This document shows positions 10,583 through 19,334 of a stretch of DNA of 64,000 nucleotides, in pieces. Both the position numbers and the translations under genes were made by a program. The DNA is taken from NCBI GenBank assembly GCA_049903315.1, contig JBNGBT010000001.1, forward strand, positions 1 through 64,000. Reading direction: 5' to 3'. Below the pieces are notes generated by a model, which was not told the origin of the DNA, searched no databases, and worked only from the letters and a program-made list of their open reading frames with translations. Every line of letters begins with the position of its first letter. Position 1 is the stretch's first letter. Source of the DNA: Candidatus Cloacimonadota bacterium. GTDB taxonomy: Bacteria > Cloacimonadota > Cloacimonadia > JGIOTU-2.

Positions 10583-11950
10583 CTACGAAAGAGAATCGGC
10601 TATAATCTTTTCTTCAGCTTTCCTAATATGAGCAACTGCATAGAAATGAGCAATGATACCTGAAATGCAATACGAGATCGTAATTCCAATGAATGCACCT
10701 TGTATCTGGAGTATCTGTGCACCGAGATATGCAAGAGGTATGTAAAGCACAAACATCTGAATGGTAACCAAACCCGCCGCATGGAAAGGTTTTTGTAGTA
10801 CATTGAGAGAAACATTAGACAGGAGAAGCACTCCCTGCAAGCCATAACCGAAAGGAACAATTGATAGGTATTTTATAATCGTTTCGACCACCAAAGGATC
10901 CTTATTGAAAATGCCAGCTATTGGTCTGGCAAAAATTAAGAGAACAATAAAAGTTCCGAATCCCCATACAAGAGAAAACAATTCTGCGAGACGAAGTCCT
11001 CTTTTTACCCGGTCAAACATTTTTGCCCCAAGATTCTGCCCTATGAAGGGCCCAAATACCGATGAAAGCGCACGTATCACAGCCAGGGCAAAGAATTCAA
11101 TCCTGGAAGCAACCCCGAAACCGGCTACCGCTTTAGGTCCATACGAAGATATGATCCTTGTCATGACACCTACCGAGACGGGTAATATCATGCGAGCACC
11201 TGCAATTGGCACGCCGATGAAAAGAATGGATTTCCATGATGCCAATATTTCCCGAAAAGGAGTCTTCTCAAATGTGATCATTCTGTCTCTGCGAACCAAC
11301 ACCCATGTAGCAGCAACAGAAGCACTGAAACGGGCAATGACAGTCGATATCGCTGCACCCCGAATTCCAAGAGCGGGGAAAGGACCTAAGCCGAAAATCA
11401 GCATAGGATCCATAATAAAATTCATGATGACTGCCACGATCATTATCGCACTGGGGGTTTTCATATCCCCAGTTGCCCTTATCGCATTATTGCCGACCAT
11501 TGGAATGAGTACGAAGAACATTCCGTAATACCAAATACCCATGTATTGTTTGATGTAGGGGAGTACCTGCGGTGTTGCGCCGAGAAGTTTAAAAAGCGGA
11601 CCAATAGTCGAAAGCCCGATGATCACAAAAATAAATACGAGTACTACTGCAAGCAATAAACCGTCTGTGGTAATTCTTCGTACTTTATAGGTGTCACCTT
11701 CGCCTATAGCGCGGGAGATGATTGCAGAAGCGCCCATTCCAACTCCGAGTGCGATACTGTTCACAACAAGAACTACTGGAAAAGTAAAACTGAGTGCTGC
11801 AAGCTGTGTCGCCCCCAATCTTCCTACAAAGAAAGTGTCCACAAGGTTGAATGCAACCATCCCGAGCATACCCACGATCATCGGTGCAGTAAGCTTGATC
11901 AGGAGCTTGCCGATTGGACCATCAATAAGTTTTGCTTTGGTATTCTTCAT
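10583..11950 (-). CDS. MATE family efflux transporter
   Basis: NLVDTFFVGRLG, RATGDMKTP, GIRGAAISTV; about 12 TM helices. Confidence 0.95.
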   Translation of the reverse strand: MKNTKAKLIDGPIGKLLIKLTAPMIVGMLGMVAFNLVDTFFVGRLGATQLAALSFTFPVVLVVNSIALGVGMGASAIISRAIGEGDTYKVRRITTDGLLLAVVLVFIFVIIGLSTIGPLFKLLGATPQVLPYIKQYMGIWYYGMFFVLIPMVGNNAIRATGDMKTPSAIMIVAVIMNFIMDPMLIFGLGPFPALGIRGAAISTVIARFSASVAATWVLVRRDRMITFEKTPFREILASWKSILFIGVPIAGARMILPVSVGVMTRIISSYGPKAVAGFGVASRIEFFALAVIRALSSVFGPFIGQNLGAKMFDRVKRGLRLAELFSLVWGFGTFIVLLIFARPIAGIFNKDPLVVETIIKYLSIVPFGYGLQGVLLLSNVSLNVLQKPFHAAGLVTIQMFVLYIPLAYLGAQILQIQGAFIGITISYCISGIIAHFYAVAHIRKAEEKIIADSLS

Positions 11951-12067
11951 CTATTTCAACTTTCCTGAGGAATTGAAAAAAGTGAGATTTTTTTCGTCAA
12001 GCAAATGAGAAAAACTTGAAAAGAAATGTGGGGTAATGAAATTTCTAAATTAAAGAAAGAAGGTGCT

Positions 12068-12544
12068 ATGCGAGAGATATTAAATCCTTATATGAAGTAT
12101 GAAGGGTACAATTGCTTCGGGTGTGCGCCGGGCAACTCGTGCGGACTGCAGATGAAGTTCTTTGAAGATGGTGATGAAATTGTCTCAAAATGGGAGCCGA
12201 GAGATTTTTTCCAGGGATACCTCGATGTGCTGCATGGGGGAATACAATCTGCTCTTATTGATGAAATAGGAAGCTGGGTTATTTTGATAAAAGGAAGAAC
12301 TGCTGGTGTCACTTCGAAGTTGGAAGTTAAATTTAAAAAAGCTGTGTATGTGAATAAGGGAACGATTACTCTCCGGGCAAAACTTCATGAAAAAAGACGA
12401 AATCTTTACACTGCTTATGTCCGCCTTCTCGATGCTGAAGACACGCTTTGTGCAGAAGGATATGTCACCTATTTCACTTTTTCAAAAGAGAAAGCAGAGA
12501 AGCACTTCTACTTTCCTGATTATGAGGAGTTCTTCAAAGATTAA
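12068..12544 (+). CDS. PaaI/hotdog-fold thioesterase
   Basis: CFGC..N..GL and LHGGIQSALIDE motifs; AAGGTG SD before ATG 12068. Confidence 0.88.
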   Translation: MREILNPYMKYEGYNCFGCAPGNSCGLQMKFFEDGDEIVSKWEPRDFFQGYLDVLHGGIQSALIDEIGSWVILIKGRTAGVTSKLEVKFKKAVYVNKGTITLRAKLHEKRRNLYTAYVRLLDAEDTLCAEGYVTYFTFSKEKAEKHFYFPDYEEFFKD

Positions 12545-14034
12545 TCGCGTTCTTTTTCGCTGAATTTCTCAACCTGGTAAATGTAGATTTCTGTGTTCGG
12601 GTCTTTATAGGCATCTCTCGGTAAACCTGCTTTGTGCGCACAGAGATTTTCCAGAAAGGTCACTCTGTCCCATCCGGTTTCTGTGGCGACCTGGGGAAGG
12701 AATACACCGCTCTGCCAGCCCTTTTTTATCCATACACCGTCTATGCCCATGCGTATCTGCTTCCAGTCTGTAATTTGCTCCATGGGTGTGAGAACAGATA
12801 TTTCAATGTTGATATCCTTGAGTTCTTTTTCTTTCACTTTGGGGAAACGCGGATCTTCGCACGCTGCAGAAACAGCCATTTCAGATACGGCTTTATAAAG
12901 GGGCATCTGCGCATGCATATGTCCGATACATCCTCGGAGATTGCCAAACTTATTCAGGGTCACAAACACAGCTCGTTCTTCAGTAAGTTTTTCATCATCC
13001 GGTTTTTCCGGTTGAATTCTTTTCCCATTATCCAAATAATAGGTGATACTTTTTCTCGCAAGATCGAGTAAATATTTTTTTTCTTCAAACGAATACACTG
13101 ACTGCTGAGTATCCGTCCCTTCTTTCTGAATATCGGATTCGGACTGCGGAAAAACAATCGAAGAATAACCAACAATATGTGACGAGTACTTATCGCCTGT
13201 AATATCTGCCGAATTTTGGTATGCGAGCATGATTGGTTTGTCTGCCCCAAAGTATTTCATGACTTTCATAAATGGGTAGGTCGCATGAAATCCACAAATT
13301 TCGCATTTTCCTTTTTCAACTTCCTTCTTGAGTTCTTCAGTGTCCATTCCCAGTATAACATCTATTGTGTGGTGGTCCATATCTACGGTTTGTTTGTAAG
13401 GATGGAAATGTGCCATATCGGAACTGGCAACAAGAGCAATCTTTTTATCTGTTTTTTCAAGTATTGAGATGAGGGCATCAGCAAGTTTATTAAGAAGAGA
13501 GTAATCTGTAGTTGCGGTCATAATAGGGACAATTTGTGCGTCCGGAAGCTGATATTGCACAAAAGGAACTTGGGTCTCAAAGCTGTTCTCCCCCCCGGTG
13601 AAAACCTGAGAGATGGACTCAAAATCGGGATGAGAAGCACACAATTTTTGAGAGATCTCTTTATCAACTTTAGAAGTGCCAATAGGGGATTTGACATTAT
13701 CACCGCAGTATATGCTCACCTTGCCTGCATTGTAGCGATGGCTTGTAGCAATGATAATAACTGTATCAAAATTTCCATTTTTTAGAAGCGAATATCCATA
13801 CGCAGCGATTGGACCGGAATAGGCAAGACCTGCATGGGGTGAAATAATGCCAAATGGGACTATATCTCTATTTTTTCCGAGCTCTACATTGTCGAAGAAT
13901 TTGGTCAGCATGCTTTCCAGTTCTTTTTTGGAGCCAGGATACCAGGAACCTGCAAGAGAGGGCTCGAGTGTTTCCGCCCATAGGTTTGTGGAAAAGAGCA
14001 TGAAGCATAAAAATATTCCAATTTTTTCTAACAT
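12541..14034 (-). CDS. amrB: AmmeMemoRadiSam protein B (MEMO1) fused to protein A (AMMECR1), with N-terminal signal peptide
   Basis: AGSWYP, SPHAG..YSG, SSDMAHF and VGYSS (MEMO); FVTL...LRGCIG, EISVL and GVFLPQV (AMMECR1). Confidence 0.92.
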   Translation of the reverse strand: MLEKIGIFLCFMLFSTNLWAETLEPSLAGSWYPGSKKELESMLTKFFDNVELGKNRDIVPFGIISPHAGLAYSGPIAAYGYSLLKNGNFDTVIIIATSHRYNAGKVSIYCGDNVKSPIGTSKVDKEISQKLCASHPDFESISQVFTGGENSFETQVPFVQYQLPDAQIVPIMTATTDYSLLNKLADALISILEKTDKKIALVASSDMAHFHPYKQTVDMDHHTIDVILGMDTEELKKEVEKGKCEICGFHATYPFMKVMKYFGADKPIMLAYQNSADITGDKYSSHIVGYSSIVFPQSESDIQKEGTDTQQSVYSFEEKKYLLDLARKSITYYLDNGKRIQPEKPDDEKLTEERAVFVTLNKFGNLRGCIGHMHAQMPLYKAVSEMAVSAACEDPRFPKVKEKELKDINIEISVLTPMEQITDWKQIRMGIDGVWIKKGWQSGVFLPQVATETGWDRVTFLENLCAHKAGLPRDAYKDPNTEIYIYQVEKFSEKERD

Positions 14035-14184
14035 ATGTACCGCCTTTGTATTCTTTTTCTAATCAACCAAAAAAATATGCAAGGAAAAATTAAAATTCAT
14101 TCGTAATTATTATAAGAAGTCTGAATATCACTTCGAGCAGTTCATAATCCTACAGGTACTTTTTTTTGATATGTACTATTTAGA

Positions 14185-16104
14185 CTACTTTTTCTCCGGT
14201 TCAATAATACAGAGAACTTCACCTTTTTTTACAGAATCTCCAGCTTTGAAATTGATTATCTTTATCACGCCGTTACATGGTGCAGCAAGGTTATTGAACA
14301 TCTTCATCGCTTCGAGAACGACTATGGTTTCCCCGGCTTTTACTTTATCTCCCACTTTCTTTCTATACTCGAATACCATACTGGGAATGGGAGCTTGCAG
14401 TGTGCCGGATCTATCTATTTCAACAGCTTTTTTCTTTTCTTTTTTAATCGGGCTTATTCTTGCGCCACGTGCATTCGGATCAGCTACTTCTACATTAAAA
14501 TATTCACCATCTACATACACATCAAATGAGCGCACATGAGCAGGTTTGTCTTTATTGGTTTTGGCAGTGAGTTCGCCTGCGAGAGCTTTCCGCAATATCT
14601 CATTTTCCTTTTCGACTTCTTCGAGAGTTTTTGGCATCACATCATGCGGAACTTCTTCAAGATCATATTTCCATTTGAGAAAGCGTTTGCCGGTCACAGG
14701 ATACAGCGCACAGATGATTTCGTCATCCAAATTCTTTGCTAATCCCTTTACCTCTTTTTTTACTTTGGGAAGTTCGGGCTCCAGCATGTCACCGGGACGA
14801 GTAGTGATTGGGGTTTCTCCGCGGGGATAACCTTTGAGGGCTTTTTTCTGAACTTTTTTATCAATGGGAAGAGTTGTCTTTCCATACAGTCCAAAGCAGA
14901 GATCTTTTACCTGTTCTGTAATTTGGGAATATTCACCCTCCTCTTCATCGAAGAGAACATTATTAACTGTTTGAATACCAATGATCTGACTCGTTGGAGT
15001 AACCAACGGAACCTGTCCGAGCTGTTTTCTCACTTTTGGCAGCGCTTCAAATACATCATCAAGCCTGTCCAAGGCATCCATCTGACGAAGCTGATTCACT
15101 AGATTGGAAAGCATCCCGCCCGGAGTTTGATGAAGGATCACATTGATATCTATGATGGCATTTTTTGTATCGTCCAGCAGGTGCCTGTATTTTGGTGTGA
15201 TCTTTTCCATTTCTTTATCGATCATAGCCAATTTTTGTATGTCAAAGCCCGTATCCCTGTTTGTTCCAAAAAGAGAAACAACGAGTGGTTCCACAGCCGG
15301 ATGAGAGGTCCGATATGCATAAGGTGCCATGCAGGTATCGATTATATCCACCCCTGCTTCAATGGCTTTGAAAAGCGCTAAATCGCCCATCCCGGAAGTA
15401 AAGTGAGTGTGCAGGTGGATTGGGATGTCTGTCTGAGCTTTTAAAGCCCTGATAAGATTGTAAACATCATAGGGTGAGATTAGACCAGCCATATCTTTGA
15501 TGCAGATCGTATCAGCACCGATTTTCTCGAGCTGCTTTGCTTTTTCCAGATAATAATCAAGATTATATGTTTCGCCGCCCATACGAGGTTCTGTGAGTGA
15601 ATAGCAGATAGTGCCCTGGAAATGTTTGTTGTTCTTTTTTATGATCTTTACTGCAGTTTCAAAATTTCTAAAATCATTCAAAGCATCAAACACACGGAAA
15701 ATATCGATCCCGTTATCGCCTGCACGCTGGATGAATGCCTCTACTACATCGTCTGCATAGTTGCGGTAACCTACAATATTCTGTCCCCTGAGCAGCATCG
15801 AGAAAGGAGTTTTCTTAATGTATTTTTTTAGTGTTCTGATCCTTTCCCATGGATCTTCATTTAAGAATCTGTGCATGGTATCAAATGTTGCTCCACCCCA
15901 CATTTCCATGGAATAGAACCCAATCTCATCCATCATCTCAGCAACGGGAAGCATGTCCTCAGTTCTGCCGCGAGTGGCAAAAATACTCTGATGTCCATCA
16001 CGGAAACTCAGGTCTTGTATCTTTATCGGATTCTCAGCTTTTGGGCGGTTGGGCTCATAATTCATCTTTGCCATTTCCAAAATGCCATGTTTATCAAATT
16101 TCAT
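14185..16104 (-). CDS. pyruvate/oxaloacetate carboxyltransferase (5S/OadA/PycB-like) with C-terminal biotinyl domain
   Basis: RDGHQS, EMWGGATFD, IKDMAG, HLHTH, PGGMLSN and EAMKM biotin motif. Confidence 0.93.
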   Translation of the reverse strand: MKFDKHGILEMAKMNYEPNRPKAENPIKIQDLSFRDGHQSIFATRGRTEDMLPVAEMMDEIGFYSMEMWGGATFDTMHRFLNEDPWERIRTLKKYIKKTPFSMLLRGQNIVGYRNYADDVVEAFIQRAGDNGIDIFRVFDALNDFRNFETAVKIIKKNNKHFQGTICYSLTEPRMGGETYNLDYYLEKAKQLEKIGADTICIKDMAGLISPYDVYNLIRALKAQTDIPIHLHTHFTSGMGDLALFKAIEAGVDIIDTCMAPYAYRTSHPAVEPLVVSLFGTNRDTGFDIQKLAMIDKEMEKITPKYRHLLDDTKNAIIDINVILHQTPGGMLSNLVNQLRQMDALDRLDDVFEALPKVRKQLGQVPLVTPTSQIIGIQTVNNVLFDEEEGEYSQITEQVKDLCFGLYGKTTLPIDKKVQKKALKGYPRGETPITTRPGDMLEPELPKVKKEVKGLAKNLDDEIICALYPVTGKRFLKWKYDLEEVPHDVMPKTLEEVEKENEILRKALAGELTAKTNKDKPAHVRSFDVYVDGEYFNVEVADPNARGARISPIKKEKKKAVEIDRSGTLQAPIPSMVFEYRKKVGDKVKAGETIVVLEAMKMFNNLAAPCNGVIKIINFKAGDSVKKGEVLCIIEPEKK

Positions 16105-16122
16105 GTATTACTCCATTATTAT

Positions 16123-16156
16123 GCATAAGCGCAAAAGCGTACAAGCGTAATGCGTT
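16123..16156. repeat. octamer tandem array (GCATAAGC GCAAAAGC GTACAAGC GTAATGC), 3' flank of the four-helix-bundle gene
   Basis: Period-8 repeat read directly; reverse complement of the array at 16521-16552. Confidence 0.85.
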
Positions 16157-16159
16157 ATT

Positions 16160-16504
16160 CTATCTTTTTTCTTTAAAATATTTAATAAATTTCAGTAATT
16201 TTCTTCTTAGTTTTTCAACTTCTTCAAAAATTGATTCATCATTTAAAAAACCCAATTTTTCTGAAATAATCAATTGAGTCTCAAGTTCGGCTAAAGACCC
16301 GAGACTTATATAAAGAAAATGTATATATTCTTTTTCTGAATTTCTCGCAGCTCCCTCAGCAATATTTGAAGGTATAGATACAGCAGCTCTTTGCATCTGC
16401 GATGTCAAACCGAATTGCTCATCAGAGGAAAAATGAGAAGTGATATTATAAATTCTTATAACCAGTTCAATTCCTAACTTCCACACATCCAAATCTTTAT
16501 GCAT
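16160..16504 (-). CDS. four helix bundle protein (TIGR02436 / 23S rRNA IVP / bAvd-like family)
   Basis: HKDLDVWK...E.FGLTSQM.RAAVSIPSNIAEGAAR...FL.IS.GSLAELETQL family signature. Confidence 0.93.
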   Translation of the reverse strand: MHKDLDVWKLGIELVIRIYNITSHFSSDEQFGLTSQMQRAAVSIPSNIAEGAARNSEKEYIHFLYISLGSLAELETQLIISEKLGFLNDESIFEEVEKLRRKLLKFIKYFKEKR

Positions 16505-16520
16505 CGTTTACACTCTTATC

Positions 16521-16552
16521 GCTTTTACGCTTCTGCGCTTTCACGCTTTTAC
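16521..16552. repeat. octamer tandem array (GCTTTTAC GCTTCTGC GCTTTCAC GCTTTTAC), 5' flank of the four-helix-bundle gene
   Basis: Four period-8 units read directly. Confidence 0.88.
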
Positions 16553-16555
16553 TCA

Positions 16556-16720
16556 CTACCATTTCTGCTCTCTTCTCTGCACCATAATACGGTTATGCAT
16601 GATCAACTTTCTGCCTGCCATTACCCACTGATTCTTGTCCTGCTTTTTACTATCTTCCTCCTGTTTGAGGAATTGCATGACACCGGCGATGGCAGCTCGT
16701 AGTTTTCTATTCTCTTCCAT
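16556..16720 (-). CDS. small acyl-CoA carboxylase epsilon-like accessory subunit (54 aa)
   Basis: MEENRKLRAAIAGV...W..AGR pattern directly after the carboxyltransferase gene; the longer ORF call overlaps that gene. Confidence 0.7.
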   Translation of the reverse strand: MEENRKLRAAIAGVMQFLKQEEDSKKQDKNQWVMAGRKLIMHNRIMVQRREQKW

Positions 16721-16727
16721 GTCAGTA

Positions 16728-18284
16728 TTATAAGGGTATATTCCCGTGTTTTTTTGGTGGGATATTTTCTTTTTTAGTGTACAGGATTTCCAGTGCATCA
16801 ATAAGTCGAGTGCGGGTTTCTGAGGGTTGAATGACCGCATCAATATATCCACGTTCTGCTGCAATGTATGGATTGTTGAAGAGTTCTTCATACTCCTCAA
16901 TTTTTTCTTGCCTTGTTGCTTCAGGATCTTTTGATTCCTTGATCTCTTTTTTATAGCTTCCCACAATATTGACAGCTCCTGGAGCACCCATCACTGCGAT
17001 TTCTGCGGATGGCCATGCAAAAAGTGTATCAGCTCCCAGATGTTGGGAGCTCATTGCAATATAGGCACCACCATAACTTTTCCTGGTTGTAACCGTGAGC
17101 TTGGGGACAGTAGCTTCGGAATAACTCCAGAGGATCTTGGCTCCATGACGGATAACTCCGCCCCATTCCTGGTCACAACCTGGCAGATATCCCGGTACAT
17201 CTACAAAAGTGATAAGAGGAATATTGAAGGCATCGCAAAAGCGTATGAAACGTGCTATTTTATCAGAAGCATTGATATCCAAGCAACCTGCAAGTACAAG
17301 CGGTTGATTTGCAATTATACCCACTGTTTTCCCGTTCAATCGACCGAAACCTATGACTGCGTTTTGAGCAAAAAGCTCGTGAATTTCATAAAATTCTCCA
17401 TGATCAAGAATAGGATGAATGACATCCCTCATGTCGTATGCTGCTTTTGGGTCATCAGGAATTACCGTATCCAGCTCAGGGCACAACCTGCCGGGATCAT
17501 CTCCCATAAGGATCAGAGGAGGATCCTCCATATTATTGCCGGGAATATAACTCAGTAATATTTTTACCTGTTCAATCGCATCTTCGTCGCTTTCACACGC
17601 AAAATGAGCATTTCCGCTCTTTGTGCTATTCGCAACTGCACCGCCGAGATCTTCAAAAGTGGTTTCTTCTCCTGTCACAGATTTTATCACACTTGGTCCC
17701 GTGATGAACATATAACTGCTGCCTTTTACCATGAAAACAAAATCGGTCATTGCAGGTGAGTATACAGAACCGCCTGCTGTAGGTCCCATAATGAGGGATA
17801 TCTGCGGTATGACGCCGGAAGCCCTGGAGTTGCGGAAGAAAATCTCCCCATACCCTTTCAATGAATCAATTCCTTCTTCCACGCGCGCGCCGCCGGAGTC
17901 ACTCATTCCAATGATCGGCACACCTGCTTTCATGGCAAGGTCCATTGTTTTTACGATTTTTTCTGCATGTTTTTCTCCAAGGGAACCTCCGCGGCAGGTA
18001 AAATCCTGAGCGTATGCATACACCGGACGACCGTTTACCAGTCCGTAACCTGTGATTACTCCGTCAGTTGGAATTTCGGTATCCGGCATAGTGAAATTCG
18101 TGCAACGGTGCTTAACCATCATATATATTTCGCGGAATGTGCCTTCATCAAATAAAAGGTCAATGCGTTCCCGGGCAGTGAGTTTGTTTTTCTTATGCTG
18201 TGTTTCGACACGGACTTTGCCCCCCATTTCCTTTATTTTTGCTTCTTTATTTTTCAAATTTTCGATTTTTTCAGACACTTTCAT
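16728..18284 (-). CDS. acyl-CoA carboxyltransferase beta subunit (methylmalonyl-CoA carboxyltransferase 12S-like)
   Basis: LTARERI, DSGGAR, GGSVYSPAMTD, DVPGYLPG, RKSYGGAY and KKHGNIPL C-terminus. Confidence 0.95.
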   Translation of the reverse strand: MKVSEKIENLKNKEAKIKEMGGKVRVETQHKKNKLTARERIDLLFDEGTFREIYMMVKHRCTNFTMPDTEIPTDGVITGYGLVNGRPVYAYAQDFTCRGGSLGEKHAEKIVKTMDLAMKAGVPIIGMSDSGGARVEEGIDSLKGYGEIFFRNSRASGVIPQISLIMGPTAGGSVYSPAMTDFVFMVKGSSYMFITGPSVIKSVTGEETTFEDLGGAVANSTKSGNAHFACESDEDAIEQVKILLSYIPGNNMEDPPLILMGDDPGRLCPELDTVIPDDPKAAYDMRDVIHPILDHGEFYEIHELFAQNAVIGFGRLNGKTVGIIANQPLVLAGCLDINASDKIARFIRFCDAFNIPLITFVDVPGYLPGCDQEWGGVIRHGAKILWSYSEATVPKLTVTTRKSYGGAYIAMSSQHLGADTLFAWPSAEIAVMGAPGAVNIVGSYKKEIKESKDPEATRQEKIEEYEELFNNPYIAAERGYIDAVIQPSETRTRLIDALEILYTKKENIPPKKHGNIPL

Positions 18285-18408
18285 TTTATCTCCGAAGCTA
18301 TAAATTTTCTAACCTGAATATTGAGAGATAAAAAAAATATAGTTAAAAAATGTAAAGAAAAACGGAAGTAACAATGTTACGTTCGTTCAGAATTCTTCAG
18401 GAAATTAC

Positions 18409-18596
18409 ATCTTCATTTTCTCCTTGATGAGAAAACGAAGCAAAAGAATCAATCGCGATCAAGAAAATGCTAAAATTTTATTCACTTCACTAAAAGAAAA
18501 GAACTCGTCCTCCCGATTCATCGGTATGACTCAAACAGCTTTTCTTTATTAACGTTCAGCAAAAGAAATTTATTTACGCATTTTCTTAATATGCGG
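18409..18596 (+). repeat. 188-bp structured dispersed repeat, copy 1
   Basis: Identical to 18794-18981 except for three T/C substitutions; extensive internal complementarity. Confidence 0.92.
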
Positions 18597-18605
18597 ACAA
18601 CAATT

Positions 18606-18649
18606 TCCCCTCTATAAAGAGGGGTGATTCTGAAGGAATCGGGGTGTGT
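18606..18649. repeat. REP-like double-hairpin element TCCCCTCT-N4-AGAGGGG-T-[hairpin]-GGGGTGTGT
   Basis: Second copy at 38632-38678. Confidence 0.8.
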
Positions 18650-18793
18650 AAATTACGAGAAATTAATTTATTGTGAAATAAATATATTTCAATCGGTCTG
18701 CTGGAGGAATACTCCTCTTTTTTAGTGAAGAAAATATAGAATATTATTTATACTCTTTGATTAATGAGGATCGAGTTTATGATATGTAATCCT

Positions 18794-18981
18794 ATCTTCA
18801 TTTTCTCCTTGATGAGAAAACGAAGCAAAAGAATCAACCGCGATCAAGAAAATGCTAAAATTTCATTCACTTCACTAAAAGAAAAGAACTCGTCCTCCCG
18901 ATTCATCGGTATGACTCAAACAGCTTTTCTTTATTAACGCTCAGCAAAAGAAATTTATTTACGCATTTTCTTAATATGCGG
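18794..18981 (+). repeat. 188-bp structured dispersed repeat, copy 2
   Basis: Direct repeat of 18409-18596, offset 385 bp. Confidence 0.92.
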
Positions 18982-19178
18982 CAAATTTTTACTCTTTATC
19001 AAAACTTCTTTCCAATTAATCATCGGAGAGAGTCCAGTGAACAATGTTATGGCAAGTTTGAAAAATAATTATCACATTCGTATTTTGTCTCTGATAAAAA
19101 AACATGATTCAATAATTTTTTTTCATATATCCAAGAATAGAAATAGTCAATTCAATATTCAAAAATTTCTTTTATTGT

Positions 19179-19207
19179 CTCTGTGCTCTCTGCGTGCTCT
19201 GTGGTGA
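19179..19207. repeat. period-9 CTCTGYG tandem repeat
   Basis: CTCTGTG-CT-CTCTGCG-TG-CTCTGTG; inverted relative at 38568-38596. Confidence 0.75.
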
Positions 19208-19218
19208 ATTTATTGTCA

Positions 19219-19259
19219 CTTCATTTTCTCCTTGATGAGAAAACGATGCAAAAGAATCA
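19219..19259 (+). repeat. truncated copy (5' hairpin/pseudoknot module) of the 188-bp element
   Basis: CTTCATTTTCTCCTTGATGAGAAAACGATGCAAAAGAATCA, one mismatch to the full copies. Confidence 0.88.
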
Positions 19260-19334
19260 CCCCGTTTTTTTCTTGACACAAAATTATGAATTTTCTTCCT
19301 GATATGTATGTAAAAAAGCACAAGGGAGAAACCG

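Noticed and set aside
16160..16504. Diversity-generating retroelement (Avd-like gene) or rRNA intervening sequence
   Set aside because: No reverse transcriptase, no TR/VR pair differing at adenines, and no rRNA sequence around it
16721..16987. N-terminal extension of the 143-aa ORF 16556..16987
   Set aside because: Overlaps the carboxyltransferase gene in another frame; the plausible gene starts at 16720
18409..19259. CRISPR array
   Set aside because: Repeats are 188 bp with irregular long gaps; no cas genes; no 25-45-bp repeat/spacer periodicity
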